Shown here in pieces: positions 27,189 to 36,512 of a stretch of DNA of 64,000 bases. Below the pieces are notes generated by a model. That model worked only from the letters and a program-made list of their open reading frames with translations. It had not been told where the DNA came from and ran no database searches. The position numbers and the translations under genes are program-made. Source of the stretch: a virus. Numbering within the stretch: the first letter of the stretch is position 1; the number at the start of each line of letters is the position of its first letter. The stretch covers positions 1 through 64,000 of the IMG/VR virus record IMGVR_UViG_3300033145_002388. The stretch is one strand, 5' to 3'.

Positions 27189-30100
27189 ATGGAGATTAAA
27201 GATTTCTCAAGTCAAATTAGTGCAGCTCATGAAGTTCATAATAATTTTTTGACTGCAACTGAAAAAAATATTTCTTATTTTTTTTGGGGTAAAGATCAGG
27301 AAATTATTTCTTATAATCAGGGAAGATATGCATATGGAGATTTTATTAGTTCTATGGAATCAGTTACTCCTTCTGCATTTAATTCTTGTTTAATTCCTTT
27401 ACAAGTAATGTTTCAAGAAATGGGAAATACGATGATATCTGTTAAGGTTGATCCAGTTGGCGCAATACGAAAAATTAAAGGAAGTGAAGAGTTTGCGAAT
27501 ATGCTTTCAAAAAAACTTTCTGATCTCTTTAAAAATTTTTCTTCATTGGGACTTTCTTCATTATTTGAAATGATAAATCATTCTTACTCGGTTTTTTATT
27601 TAGATCCGATATTGAAAAGATTTTATTCTTTATCAGCTTCAGATTTTATTCCTGGGAATCCGGAGATAGCCAATATTCAAGATCAGCCTTTTTTAATTCG
27701 TTTAACTTTTCCATCCAAGGCTGATCTATTAAAAGGAATTGCTTCTCCAGCTTCAGATCCCAGAGTTAACAGTAAAGTTTATTCTGATATTCAAAAATTA
27801 GAAGATTGTACTTCAATTAGAATTCAAGATCTATGGAGTAAAGATTTAAATTCTAGAATTTTAACTGTTCCAACTGGAGAAGTTTTATTTAAAGATCAGT
27901 TTCCCGAACCTTTTATTTATCCTTTTTTTAAAGTCAATGAATCTTTAAGTCAATCTCAGTTTTATGCTTTGCCTTTAATGAGTAAAGCCATTCCTTTAAT
28001 GGAAAAATATAAAAAGATAACCTTGTCAATTGATCATGCTTCTCATGCTCAAGCTAGAGCTTTGTTAGTCTATGACAAGGAAGCACAGATAGATATCAAT
28101 AGACTTAAATCTGAGCTTCAAGAAGGAGATAAAAATATTATTGTGGGTAAAAGTGAAATAGGAGATATTAGTTATAAACAACCAGCACAGCTTCCTGAGT
28201 ATGTTTTAATCCATCAACAAAATTTACTTAATCAAATTTTACAATTATTTGGAACTGGTTCAATTGCAAGGGTTGGATCAGTTCGTGAGAAAGGTGCAGT
28301 AGAAGCTATGATTAGAGCATCACTTCGTCAATTTGTTTTTTATTCAAATCGAATTAAAGATGCGTTAGAAAACTTAGCTGATTATTATTTAAAATATATA
28401 CAGACTCATCGATTACAATTTATAAAAGAATTTGATTCACTTTCATCTTCTGTTTTAAGAGAAGGAACTTTTAAATCTACTATAGAATTACTTCCTTCTT
28501 CTTCTTCCAGGACTATGATGGAACAAACATTTATTTTAAGGAAAAGAAAAGAAGGCCTGATTTCTAGAAAACAATCATTAAAAGAATTAGGTTATCCCAA
28601 TCCAAATAGAATTAGAGATGAAATAGAAACTGAGATGCTTGAGCAAAGAGACTTAGCAGAAAAATTAAAACAACAACCTTTAAGTCTTAATCAAAAGATT
28701 TCTCAAACTCTTTCATCAGTTTTGGATTATACTCCTGATATTATTTTATCTGGTTCAGACAAAGCGGTTGTTCAAGTCAAAGAAAAAGATGTTGAAAAAA
28801 CTAGATTTCTTTTATCTGATTTGGAAGAGAGAATTTATATAGATGGAACTAGATCTGAAAGTGCTCCAAATATTATAGAGTCTGAACCAAAACCGGAAAT
28901 AATTTCCGAACCTAAAAAAGAAAAGGAAATTGAAAAGCCAGAACAAAAAGAAGAAGTAAAAAAAGAAAGTTCAATTGTAAAAAAATCTTCGCAGGCTCCA
29001 GAAGTTTCTAAATTTAAACAGATTTTAGAAAAACTTATTGAATTATCTAAGATGGGAATTAAAAAGGAATCGGTTGGAAAGTTTATTCAAAAATATCCTG
29101 GACTTTATTTAGTAGATCCCCATGCTCCAGATATTTATTCTGGAAAAAAATTAATGATTATCAAGTCTCGTTTATTTGATATTATAGATAAACCTCAAAT
29201 ATTACTTGGTTCTAAATATGCTTATGGAATTTTAATTCCTAGAATAGTATTTAAGATTGGGCCTAAGCGATTTAAAGAAACTGAAAAGTATCATTTAATT
29301 TCTGATGAACAAAGAAAAAAATGGTGGGATGAAAAGACTTTATATGGATACTTATTTGAGTTTCACAAATTTGAAGAACCAGTTGAATGGGAAAGGAAAC
29401 CTGGTATTAAAAATTTTGTAAAAGCTCCTATTCCTTTACGAACAGAACATACTGGAGTTCCTTATACTGGAGATTTAAAACCAGTTTCTTTAAGTCCTTT
29501 TAAGCTTCCTCCTCCAGCTAAACCAGAAAAGAAAGCTTTTCAACCTTATGAAATTTTTTCTCCTGCTAGATTAAAAGAAATTATTCCTGCTGGAACTTAT
29601 AATGTTTCAGAAAAAATAGATGGAATAAGAACTTTTTGTTGGAAAGATAATGAAACTATAAAGTTTTTTACTGATACGGGAAATGAAATTAATGCACAAA
29701 AATTAATTTTGGTAGCCGATTCAATTCGTAATTTATTCAAAACTCAAAGTGTTTTATTAGATGGTGAACTTTCTTTAAAAGGAGTTAAACATGAAAATGT
29801 TACAGGTTTTATTCATAAAAAATCTCCTGTTTCAAATGAAGAAAAAAAAGCTTTAGAGTTTGTGGTCTGGGATATTCTTTATCTTAATGGAAAATCTTTA
29901 GCTGATAAACCTTTTATAGATAGATATAGATTACTTAATTTAAAAATTAAACCCGGACAGACAAAAGGAAAAATTCGTAGAGTAAAAACTACTAATGCTT
30001 CTCGAGATCAGTTAGCTAAAGCTAGTAAATTAGTAACTTCTAATGAAGGAGTAGTTATTAGAGATATTGATGCTGCTTATTGGGCAACTCATTCTATGTA

Positions 30101-31526
30101 TAAATGTGCTCATGGTGATACTTATATCTTTACAGATCGTGGAATGGTAAGAGCAAAGAATATAAAGGCTGATGATAAAATTTTAAATGGTCAAGGAAAA
30201 TTTGTGGGAATTAAAAACATAATGAAAAGAAAAGTAACTTCATTAGATAAAATAATGGAACTAAAAACTTTTGGAACTTTCCCTGTTAAATTTACTTCTG
30301 ATCATTTAATTAAATCAGGCAAAAAATGGATTGAATTGGATAAACTTAGGTTTAAAAGGGGGGCTTTAAGAGAAAATTATGTTAGAAAAGCTAATGACTT
30401 TTTAAGTCTTCCTATTTATAAGCGATTAAAAGGAAAAATTAAAAGTATTAAATTAAGCAGAGTTCCAAAGTATGAAAAGGAAATAAAACTTTCAAAAGAT
30501 TTTTGGTGGCTAGTTGGATTAATTTTAGCAGAGGGAAGTTGGAATAAGTCTGTATTTATATCTAACAAAAATTTATCTCTTTTAAAGAAAGCTCAACAGA
30601 TAGCGATCCAGACCCTGGGAATAGAAGAAGGAAAAATTATTAAGATGAAGAATGATTGTTATGTTTTAACTATATTTGATATGGGATTTGCTAACTGGCT
30701 TGCTCAAAATTTCTCACAAGGAAAAAGAAATGGTTGGCATATAGGACATACTAAAATTCTCCCCCAGTTTATAGATTATTTAACTAAAGAGGAATTTCAA
30801 TCTTTATTTGATGGATGGTGGATAGGAGATAAAGGATGTTCTATTGATAATCCATTAATTATGAAATTCTATTTATTAGGAAGAAGCCATGGAATGCCTT
30901 TAAGTATAAGCTTTTATGATTCTAAATATAAGAACAAGTCTTTCATTTATTGGAAAATTAGAATTCTAGATAAAATGTATAAGAAAAATTGGGGACGAAT
31001 TAGATCTATTGTTACTTATAATAAGCATTCAGAATTTCTTTATGACTTTGAATTAGAGGGTGAATGTCCAGAAATTGCTTCTGCTATAATAGTTCATAAT
31101 TGCAAGAAAACAGCTGATTTAGATGTTAAGGTTATAGCTGTGGAAAAAACTAAAAATAATCTTCCTATTTTTCATTGTGTTTTGAGAGATGGAACTTATA
31201 TGGGACAAACTTATGCACAAGGAGAAGTAAAGGCCAAGCCAGGTGACACCATTAGAGTTATGGTTGATCACTTTACTTTAAGACCAGATGGAGCTTTGGG
31301 TTGGTTTGCGCCTCGTCCTAAAGATATAAAAGGAAAACTTGGGGCTACAACTTCTTTAAAACAAAAGGGAATTTCTGGACCTGATACTTTAGCATTTGTT
31401 AAGGAACATTATCTTTCTCATGGTGGCACTGAGGCGACCTGGAAAGAATGGTTGCCTAAACATGCTGCTTGGAAGGTCAAAGAAAATAAAAGATTAATTG
31501 CTAATGTTAAAAAAGTTTATGGCTAA
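27189..31526 (+). CDS. fusion protein: portal-like N-terminus + ASCH/PUA-like domain + ATP-dependent DNA ligase (intein-containing)
   Basis: Directly follows terL; portal-like first ~500 aa ending LISRKQSLKELGYPNP; ligase motifs EKIDG (K809), LLDGEL, FVVWDIL, EGVVIR, YK|CKK; portal call is positional and motif-level. Confidence 0.8.
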   Translation: MEIKDFSSQISAAHEVHNNFLTATEKNISYFFWGKDQEIISYNQGRYAYGDFISSMESVTPSAFNSCLIPLQVMFQEMGNTMISVKVDPVGAIRKIKGSEEFANMLSKKLSDLFKNFSSLGLSSLFEMINHSYSVFYLDPILKRFYSLSASDFIPGNPEIANIQDQPFLIRLTFPSKADLLKGIASPASDPRVNSKVYSDIQKLEDCTSIRIQDLWSKDLNSRILTVPTGEVLFKDQFPEPFIYPFFKVNESLSQSQFYALPLMSKAIPLMEKYKKITLSIDHASHAQARALLVYDKEAQIDINRLKSELQEGDKNIIVGKSEIGDISYKQPAQLPEYVLIHQQNLLNQILQLFGTGSIARVGSVREKGAVEAMIRASLRQFVFYSNRIKDALENLADYYLKYIQTHRLQFIKEFDSLSSSVLREGTFKSTIELLPSSSSRTMMEQTFILRKRKEGLISRKQSLKELGYPNPNRIRDEIETEMLEQRDLAEKLKQQPLSLNQKISQTLSSVLDYTPDIILSGSDKAVVQVKEKDVEKTRFLLSDLEERIYIDGTRSESAPNIIESEPKPEIISEPKKEKEIEKPEQKEEVKKESSIVKKSSQAPEVSKFKQILEKLIELSKMGIKKESVGKFIQKYPGLYLVDPHAPDIYSGKKLMIIKSRLFDIIDKPQILLGSKYAYGILIPRIVFKIGPKRFKETEKYHLISDEQRKKWWDEKTLYGYLFEFHKFEEPVEWERKPGIKNFVKAPIPLRTEHTGVPYTGDLKPVSLSPFKLPPPAKPEKKAFQPYEIFSPARLKEIIPAGTYNVSEKIDGIRTFCWKDNETIKFFTDTGNEINAQKLILVADSIRNLFKTQSVLLDGELSLKGVKHENVTGFIHKKSPVSNEEKKALEFVVWDILYLNGKSLADKPFIDRYRLLNLKIKPGQTKGKIRRVKTTNASRDQLAKASKLVTSNEGVVIRDIDAAYWATHSMYKCAHGDTYIFTDRGMVRAKNIKADDKILNGQGKFVGIKNIMKRKVTSLDKIMELKTFGTFPVKFTSDHLIKSGKKWIELDKLRFKRGALRENYVRKANDFLSLPIYKRLKGKIKSIKLSRVPKYEKEIKLSKDFWWLVGLILAEGSWNKSVFISNKNLSLLKKAQQIAIQTLGIEEGKIIKMKNDCYVLTIFDMGFANWLAQNFSQGKRNGWHIGHTKILPQFIDYLTKEEFQSLFDGWWIGDKGCSIDNPLIMKFYLLGRSHGMPLSISFYDSKYKNKSFIYWKIRILDKMYKKNWGRIRSIVTYNKHSEFLYDFELEGECPEIASAIIVHNCKKTADLDVKVIAVEKTKNNLPIFHCVLRDGTYMGQTYAQGEVKAKPGDTIRVMVDHFTLRPDGALGWFAPRPKDIKGKLGATTSLKQKGISGPDTLAFVKEHYLSHGGTEATWKEWLPKHAAWKVKENKRLIANVKKVYG
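28893..28909. repeat. palindrome copy 3 (CCGGAAATAATTTCCGA)
   Basis: In the linker of the fusion gene, read as PEIISE. Confidence 0.85.
30105..31100 (+). mobile_element. intein (332 aa) with LAGLIDADG-type homing endonuclease
   Basis: N-terminal CAHGDTYIFTDRG, block B FTSDH, LVGLILAEGS, FDGWWIGD, YDFELE..IIVHN followed by Cys. Confidence 0.92.
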
Positions 31527-32193
31527 TTATACTAAATTTTATATCAAAGGAGAACGAGATGGAAAACCAACTCGTATCTTCGAATCCAATCTTAATAAAG
31601 CTATTAAAGCTGCTAGAAAAATTGGAATGAAACCAACCTCTAAAGATGCTTATGGCTATGATGCAAAAAAAAAGAAATGGGTTCCTCTGTTAAAGGCTTC
31701 AGATCCTCGTAGAGCAACTGCTAAATCTTTTGCTATAAAGGATTATTTTGATAAGATAGCAAATCCTCGTAGCGTAACTGCTAAATCTTTATTGAAAAAA
31801 ACTCCAGTCTTATTAAAGAAACAATATGAAAAAAAAGATTTAATTAAAAGTAGAGGAAAAAAAACTTCTAAGTATTTGATGCCAATTGTTAAATTAATGG
31901 GTGAAAAAATTAAAACGGCTAAGTCAGAGACTGAAGCTAATCAAGCACGTAAAGCATTATTAAAAAGATTTTCTAAAGATTTGCCATCTACAATAATGGG
32001 AAGGAAAAATTATAATACTGCGGTTAAGAATATTGATAATTACTTAAAGAAAGGAAATTATGTAGGAGCCTCTAATTATATGGTAGGACAATTGTTTAAA
32101 TTAGAAAATCAATTAAGGGGAACCGGAAGTTATAAATATGTGGCAGACAAACTTGGTGATTGGTATGGAACTCATTTAAAATTTGATGAATAA
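31519..32193 (+). CDS. basic hypothetical protein in head module
   Basis: Lys-rich ORF; internal 20-aa-period repeat (DPRRATAKSF/NPRSVTAKSL). Confidence 0.7.
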   Translation: MANYTKFYIKGERDGKPTRIFESNLNKAIKAARKIGMKPTSKDAYGYDAKKKKWVPLLKASDPRRATAKSFAIKDYFDKIANPRSVTAKSLLKKTPVLLKKQYEKKDLIKSRGKKTSKYLMPIVKLMGEKIKTAKSETEANQARKALLKRFSKDLPSTIMGRKNYNTAVKNIDNYLKKGNYVGASNYMVGQLFKLENQLRGTGSYKYVADKLGDWYGTHLKFDE

Positions 32194-32194
32194 T

Positions 32195-32509
32195 ATGAAT
32201 AAAAAAATTTTTCTCCTCACTTCTGTAGTGAGAAGGTTAGCAAATTTAAAAGGAAATAGAGATAAGATTTTTGTAGTGGGAGGATTGGTTACTCAGGGAA
32301 GATCTAGTCATGATATTGATATCTGTATTAAAGATCAAAAAGATATTCCAATTGTTAAAGATATTCTTGGTCCTTATCATAAAGATGTACATTTTTCAAT
32401 TCTCAAAGGTAATCGGCCCAGTTCTAAAATTTATCTTACAATTGATAAAAAAAATTTAGAATTGGGATCTAAAGGAATGTATAATGAAAATAGAAACAAT
32501 AAAACCTAA
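32195..32509 (+). CDS. minimal Pol-beta-superfamily nucleotidyltransferase
   Basis: IFVVGGLVTQGRSSHDIDICI (hG[GS]..DxD motif) and VHF strand. Confidence 0.75.
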   Translation: MNKKIFLLTSVVRRLANLKGNRDKIFVVGGLVTQGRSSHDIDICIKDQKDIPIVKDILGPYHKDVHFSILKGNRPSSKIYLTIDKKNLELGSKGMYNENRNNKT

Positions 32510-33401
32510 AAGTGGAACTCATTTTAAAACTTATAAAGGAACAAAAAGAATACCAACTAAAGCAGAGTTTTTGAGACGAGCTTTAAAGAAAGCTCACGGA
32601 CCTTTAGATGTCCATGAAGAATGGATTGAGTTTATTCCTGGAAAATTTACTGTTCAATTACATGGATGGTTTGATGAGGGAAGTTATGGAAAGGGAAAAG
32701 AAGCCTTGACAAAAATTCAGTCAATTGTTAAGATGGCATTGAAGAATCATGAAGATCCAATTATTCATTTAACTAAAGGAAAGTTTCATTATGATATTAG
32801 AATTTTAAAAAAGGGATCCTTAACTTGGTTTGGTTTTACAACATTTAGGTTGCCGTGGACTGGAACTCTTGAAGATAAAGTGATGGGAACCGTTAAAGGC
32901 TATCAGTCCTTAGTTAAAGGATCTAAAGCTCTTAATAAATTTTTAAGAGAGAAAGCTGAAATTGCTTTGACTAAAGAAGGAACCGCTGAAAGAAGAGATC
33001 GTCCTAAATGGCTTAGAATTAAAGCAGAATATTGGAAACCTCCTGGGATTGGAACCCCCAGTGGACAACCGGGAATAATGATTGCATTAGAATCTTTACA
33101 ACCTTGTATAGTTCACAGAAGAGAATTAGATTTTTTAGATATAACTTTTATAGGAAAATATTTTAATGGAAGATATTTTGATAGATTAGTAGAAAGAAAA
33201 ATAGCTAAAAAATTTATTCTTGGATTTTATTTATGGCGAGCAAAGAAAGCTTTTGATATTTCTAAAATGAAAAATATTAGTATTGGAAAACAAAAGCATG
33301 AACCAATTGAAGTTAGATTTCAAGATAATTATTTAAAGATTCAATCTCCTTTAAAGCCTTCATGGAAATTTAAACGCGGGGGGAAAATCTTAACAACATA
33401 A
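32484..33401 (+). CDS. LigD 3'-phosphoesterase (PE)-like protein
   Basis: KFTVQLH...FHYDIRI resembles PE FVVQxH..LHYDFRL; GKYFNGRY resembles PE G.KL.GRW. Confidence 0.6.
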   Translation: MKIETIKPKSGTHFKTYKGTKRIPTKAEFLRRALKKAHGPLDVHEEWIEFIPGKFTVQLHGWFDEGSYGKGKEALTKIQSIVKMALKNHEDPIIHLTKGKFHYDIRILKKGSLTWFGFTTFRLPWTGTLEDKVMGTVKGYQSLVKGSKALNKFLREKAEIALTKEGTAERRDRPKWLRIKAEYWKPPGIGTPSGQPGIMIALESLQPCIVHRRELDFLDITFIGKYFNGRYFDRLVERKIAKKFILGFYLWRAKKAFDISKMKNISIGKQKHEPIEVRFQDNYLKIQSPLKPSWKFKRGGKILTT

Positions 33402-33422
33402 CTAATTTACTAATTAAATTTT

Positions 33423-33671
33423 ATGGCTAAAATTACTTTGGTTTGTCCTAAATGCGGAGCGAAGGTTAACGTTGAACCTGAGAAAGCAAAAGGACTTAAA
33501 TGTGCTAAATGTGGGGTTGCATTATTGACTCCCGAAAAAGCTGCGGTTTATGCTAAAGCATATGCTGCTGCAAAAAAAAGAAAAAAAAGAAGAACTGCGG
33601 CTGGTAGTTTAATTAAGAAAACTTTGCCAGCTAACTATGGTTATGGTGGAGAAAAAGAAGAATCAAAATAA
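33423..33671 (+). CDS. zinc-ribbon protein with basic tail
   Basis: CPKCG..CAKCG; AKKRKKRR. Confidence 0.7.
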   Translation: MAKITLVCPKCGAKVNVEPEKAKGLKCAKCGVALLTPEKAAVYAKAYAAAKKRKKRRTAAGSLIKKTLPANYGYGGEKEESK

Positions 33672-33692
33672 TTAATTAATTAATTTTATTTT

Positions 33693-34484
33693 ATGAAAAT
33701 TAAATTTGGGGAAAAAAAAGATCCTGAAAATACAGAAAATAAAGATGTTAAAGAAACTGAAACTATAGATTCTGATAATGTGAAAGAAAAAGATTCTACA
33801 GAAATTAAAGAAGATCCTATAAAAACAGTAGTTGAAACTGTTAGAAATATTCAAAAATCTGTAGAAGAAATAAAAGAATCTAATTCTGGGTTGAAGTCTA
33901 GACTTGATTTATTTGAAGAAGAAAAAGAAGAATCATTTAATTCTTCTGGTGATGATTTATTTAATGAAGCTGAAAAAGAAGTTGTTGAGGAAGAAAAAAT
34001 TAAATCTGAACCAATTGAGTCTGATAAAAAAGAAGATGGAATTGATGAAGCAATTAAACAAGATCAAGATTTTAGAGATTCAATTACTGAAAAGCAAAAG
34101 AAAATTATTGAAAGACAGGAAATGATTGAAAAAAAAATTGATGAAGATAATTTGAATAGAGAAGTTAATGAAGCAATAAAAGAATTTCCTTCTATTAACA
34201 AAACTGATATTTTAAGAGAAATTGAAAATGATCCAAGTAAAACAGCATCTGAGATTGCAGAATCTTTAGATGCGCAACGTATAAAAGATCGCGCTGCTAT
34301 GCGTGATGAGATAAAAAAGGAAATAGAAGAAGAGCTTACTAAAGAGCAAAAAGGAAATGTCTCTGTACCTCAAGCTTCTGGTTCCTCTAATCCCAACTCT
34401 TCTACTCAAAATCCAGCTGAACCTGAGGGCGATCCTTGGGAAGAAGCTAGGAATAAAGCTAAGTCGGAGATAACAGAAGAGTAA
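33693..34484 (+). CDS. capsid scaffolding protein
   Basis: Very acidic coiled coil immediately upstream of MCP, with Pro/Ser linker and short C-terminal helix. Confidence 0.75.
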   Translation: MKIKFGEKKDPENTENKDVKETETIDSDNVKEKDSTEIKEDPIKTVVETVRNIQKSVEEIKESNSGLKSRLDLFEEEKEESFNSSGDDLFNEAEKEVVEEEKIKSEPIESDKKEDGIDEAIKQDQDFRDSITEKQKKIIERQEMIEKKIDEDNLNREVNEAIKEFPSINKTDILREIENDPSKTASEIAESLDAQRIKDRAAMRDEIKKEIEEELTKEQKGNVSVPQASGSSNPNSSTQNPAEPEGDPWEEARNKAKSEITEE

Positions 34485-34512
34485 TTGTTTAATTAAAACT
34501 TTATAGTCTTGT

Positions 34513-35502
34513 ATGTCCTTAATAGCTGAACTTAATTCTGCGACTTTAAAGTATTATTCTCCGGTAGTCGTTGATCAGATCTTTAAATATTCTCCTTTAC
34601 TCTATCGCATTTTTAAAATTGCGAAAGAAGGTAATTGGGGGATGGCTCAGACAACTAGTGGTGGACGAAAAATTGCTGAACCCCTTGAATATCAAGAAGC
34701 TGCGCAAGCCAGTAATTCTCATGGTTCTTATGATTCAAGTGATACTTGGGCTGCTGATGATCAAGATGTATTGACTCTAGCTGAATACAGTTGGAAGCAA
34801 TATCATTCAACCATCAAAATTCCAAATCTCACTGTTTCAGAGAATGCTGGTAAAGCTAGAATTTTTGATATTGCTGCAATCAAGTTGAAGAATGCTGCTA
34901 AAACTTTGAGAAAAGATTTGGCAACTGATCTTTTTGGAGATAATACTGGTGAAAGTGGAAAAAATATTTTAGGCTTACAAGCACTAGTCGCTGCAACAGG
35001 TACTGTTGGTGGAATTGATAAAAGTAGTTATTCTTGGTGGCAGGGAAAGGTAAATACAACTGGCGGAATTCTTGACTGGTCGATCTTAAATGATCTCTAT
35101 GTTGGGACAAAACGCTATGGTGATGGAGTTCCTCTTTCTATTATTGTATGCTCAGATGGAGTTATGCAAAAATATGAAGATACTTATTCCAAAGTTGTGT
35201 CTGCTACTAATTCAGGAGTTAGATTAACCCTAGGTAGTAAAGTTTTAGATGGTGGTTTTCGCGCTTTTTCTTTTAAAGGTATTCCAATCGTAAGTGATCC
35301 ATTCTGTGGTTCTGGGCTTTTGTTCGGATTAACAGAACAATTCTTGCATGCTAGAATTTTAAAACAATTCGGAACCCAAGGTTGGAAATCAATTGAAGAT
35401 CAAGGCAAAGATTATCTTCAAGCAACTTATAAAGGTTATTTGGCCTTTACTTCAAGTTGTGCTAGAAAGCAGTCAATGGCTAGTGGCTTGACAGAAGCAT
35501 AG
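34513..35502 (+). CDS. major capsid protein (HK97-fold)
   Basis: 329 aa after scaffold; VVDQIFKYSPLL, GGRKI.EPLEY, AEYSWKQ, ILGLQALV, VGGID..SWWQ, FKGIPIVSDP; followed by terminator. Confidence 0.85.
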   Translation: MSLIAELNSATLKYYSPVVVDQIFKYSPLLYRIFKIAKEGNWGMAQTTSGGRKIAEPLEYQEAAQASNSHGSYDSSDTWAADDQDVLTLAEYSWKQYHSTIKIPNLTVSENAGKARIFDIAAIKLKNAAKTLRKDLATDLFGDNTGESGKNILGLQALVAATGTVGGIDKSSYSWWQGKVNTTGGILDWSILNDLYVGTKRYGDGVPLSIIVCSDGVMQKYEDTYSKVVSATNSGVRLTLGSKVLDGGFRAFSFKGIPIVSDPFCGSGLLFGLTEQFLHARILKQFGTQGWKSIEDQGKDYLQATYKGYLAFTSSCARKQSMASGLTEA

Positions 35503-35520
35503 ACATAATCTGAATTTGAT

Positions 35521-35558
35521 AAGGAGACAAGACTTTATGTACTTGTCTCCTTTGTTTT
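35521..35558 (+). terminator. intrinsic terminator after MCP
   Basis: AAGGAGACAAG-ACTTTATGTA-CTTGTCTCCTT followed by TGTTTT. Confidence 0.8.
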
Positions 35559-36041
35559 ATGAAAAGAAAAAATTATTGTTATATAACTTGGTATCATCCA
35601 AATTTAAAGAATAGACAAGATCTATTAAACTTAAAAAATTTATTTGTTCTTTTTCAAAATAATCATCAGAGTTTAGTTAATTTTAAATGTAAAAAATTTT
35701 TAACTTTAATAGAGGATAAATCTGTAGCTATGAATACTCTTATGAATTATTTAAAGGAACAATATTTTTGGGCTATTATATTTCATCCTAATGTTAAAGT
35801 TGATTTATCAAAAGTAGAATTTCCTAAAGTTTCCAGAGTTTTTTATTCTAATGGTTTAGATTGGCAAAATTTTTCTCGAGAATTTAATGCATTACATTTT
35901 GCATTTGTTACTAGAACACAAGGTTTTTTGCCATGGAATTCATTTAAATTTCAATCTGATTCACAAGATAGTTTAATAACTTCAATTAAATATTCTAAGA
36001 TGGCTAAGAGAATAGATCCATTTTGGAAATTAATTAATTAA
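35559..36041 (+). CDS. hypothetical protein
   Basis: 160-aa ORF. Confidence 0.6.
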   Translation: MKRKNYCYITWYHPNLKNRQDLLNLKNLFVLFQNNHQSLVNFKCKKFLTLIEDKSVAMNTLMNYLKEQYFWAIIFHPNVKVDLSKVEFPKVSRVFYSNGLDWQNFSREFNALHFAFVTRTQGFLPWNSFKFQSDSQDSLITSIKYSKMAKRIDPFWKLIN

Positions 36042-36050
36042 AAAAATCTT

Positions 36051-36512
36051 ATGATAAATGTATTTATATTTCCTACTAATAAAGAAAGTTCTAAATTTTT
36101 TAAGGAATATTTAAAAACTAAAAAGATTAATATTGTTACTCCTTCATTTAAGAAAATTCATGTTATTCATTTTTTTAATTGTAGATTGGGAGAAATAGTA
36201 AAACAAATTAAAATTCATAAACCTAATTTAGTTGTTTTACATTCTAAACATTATCCAAGAATAGCTTATAATATTCCTTATATTTATATGCCAATTACTA
36301 AGAAAAAACATTTTTATAATTTAGTTACTGTTTATACTAATAATAAGTCTCTGTCCACCCTCTACTTAAATAAATTACAGATTACTTATAATTTAAAAAT
36401 GTTTACTTCAGAAGCAACTTATTCTAAAAATTTTAGATTAGTTCTTTTAAATATTTCTAAAAATTTTAAATCCAAATTATATAAATTTAAAAGTAAGCTT
36501 TTAATAGCATGA
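36051..36512 (+). CDS. hypothetical basic protein
   Basis: 153-aa ORF, extremely AT-rich. Confidence 0.55.
   Translation: MINVFIFPTNKESSKFFKEYLKTKKINIVTPSFKKIHVIHFFNCRLGEIVKQIKIHKPNLVVLHSKHYPRIAYNIPYIYMPITKKKHFYNLVTVYTNNKSLSTLYLNKLQITYNLKMFTSEATYSKNFRLVLLNISKNFKSKLYKFKSKLLIA

Noticed and set aside
27297-27313. Near-match to the palindrome (CAGGAAATTATTTCTTA), plus half-sites near 44281 and 45550
   Set aside because: They lack the CGG/CCG ends on both arms and are explained by common EIIS codons
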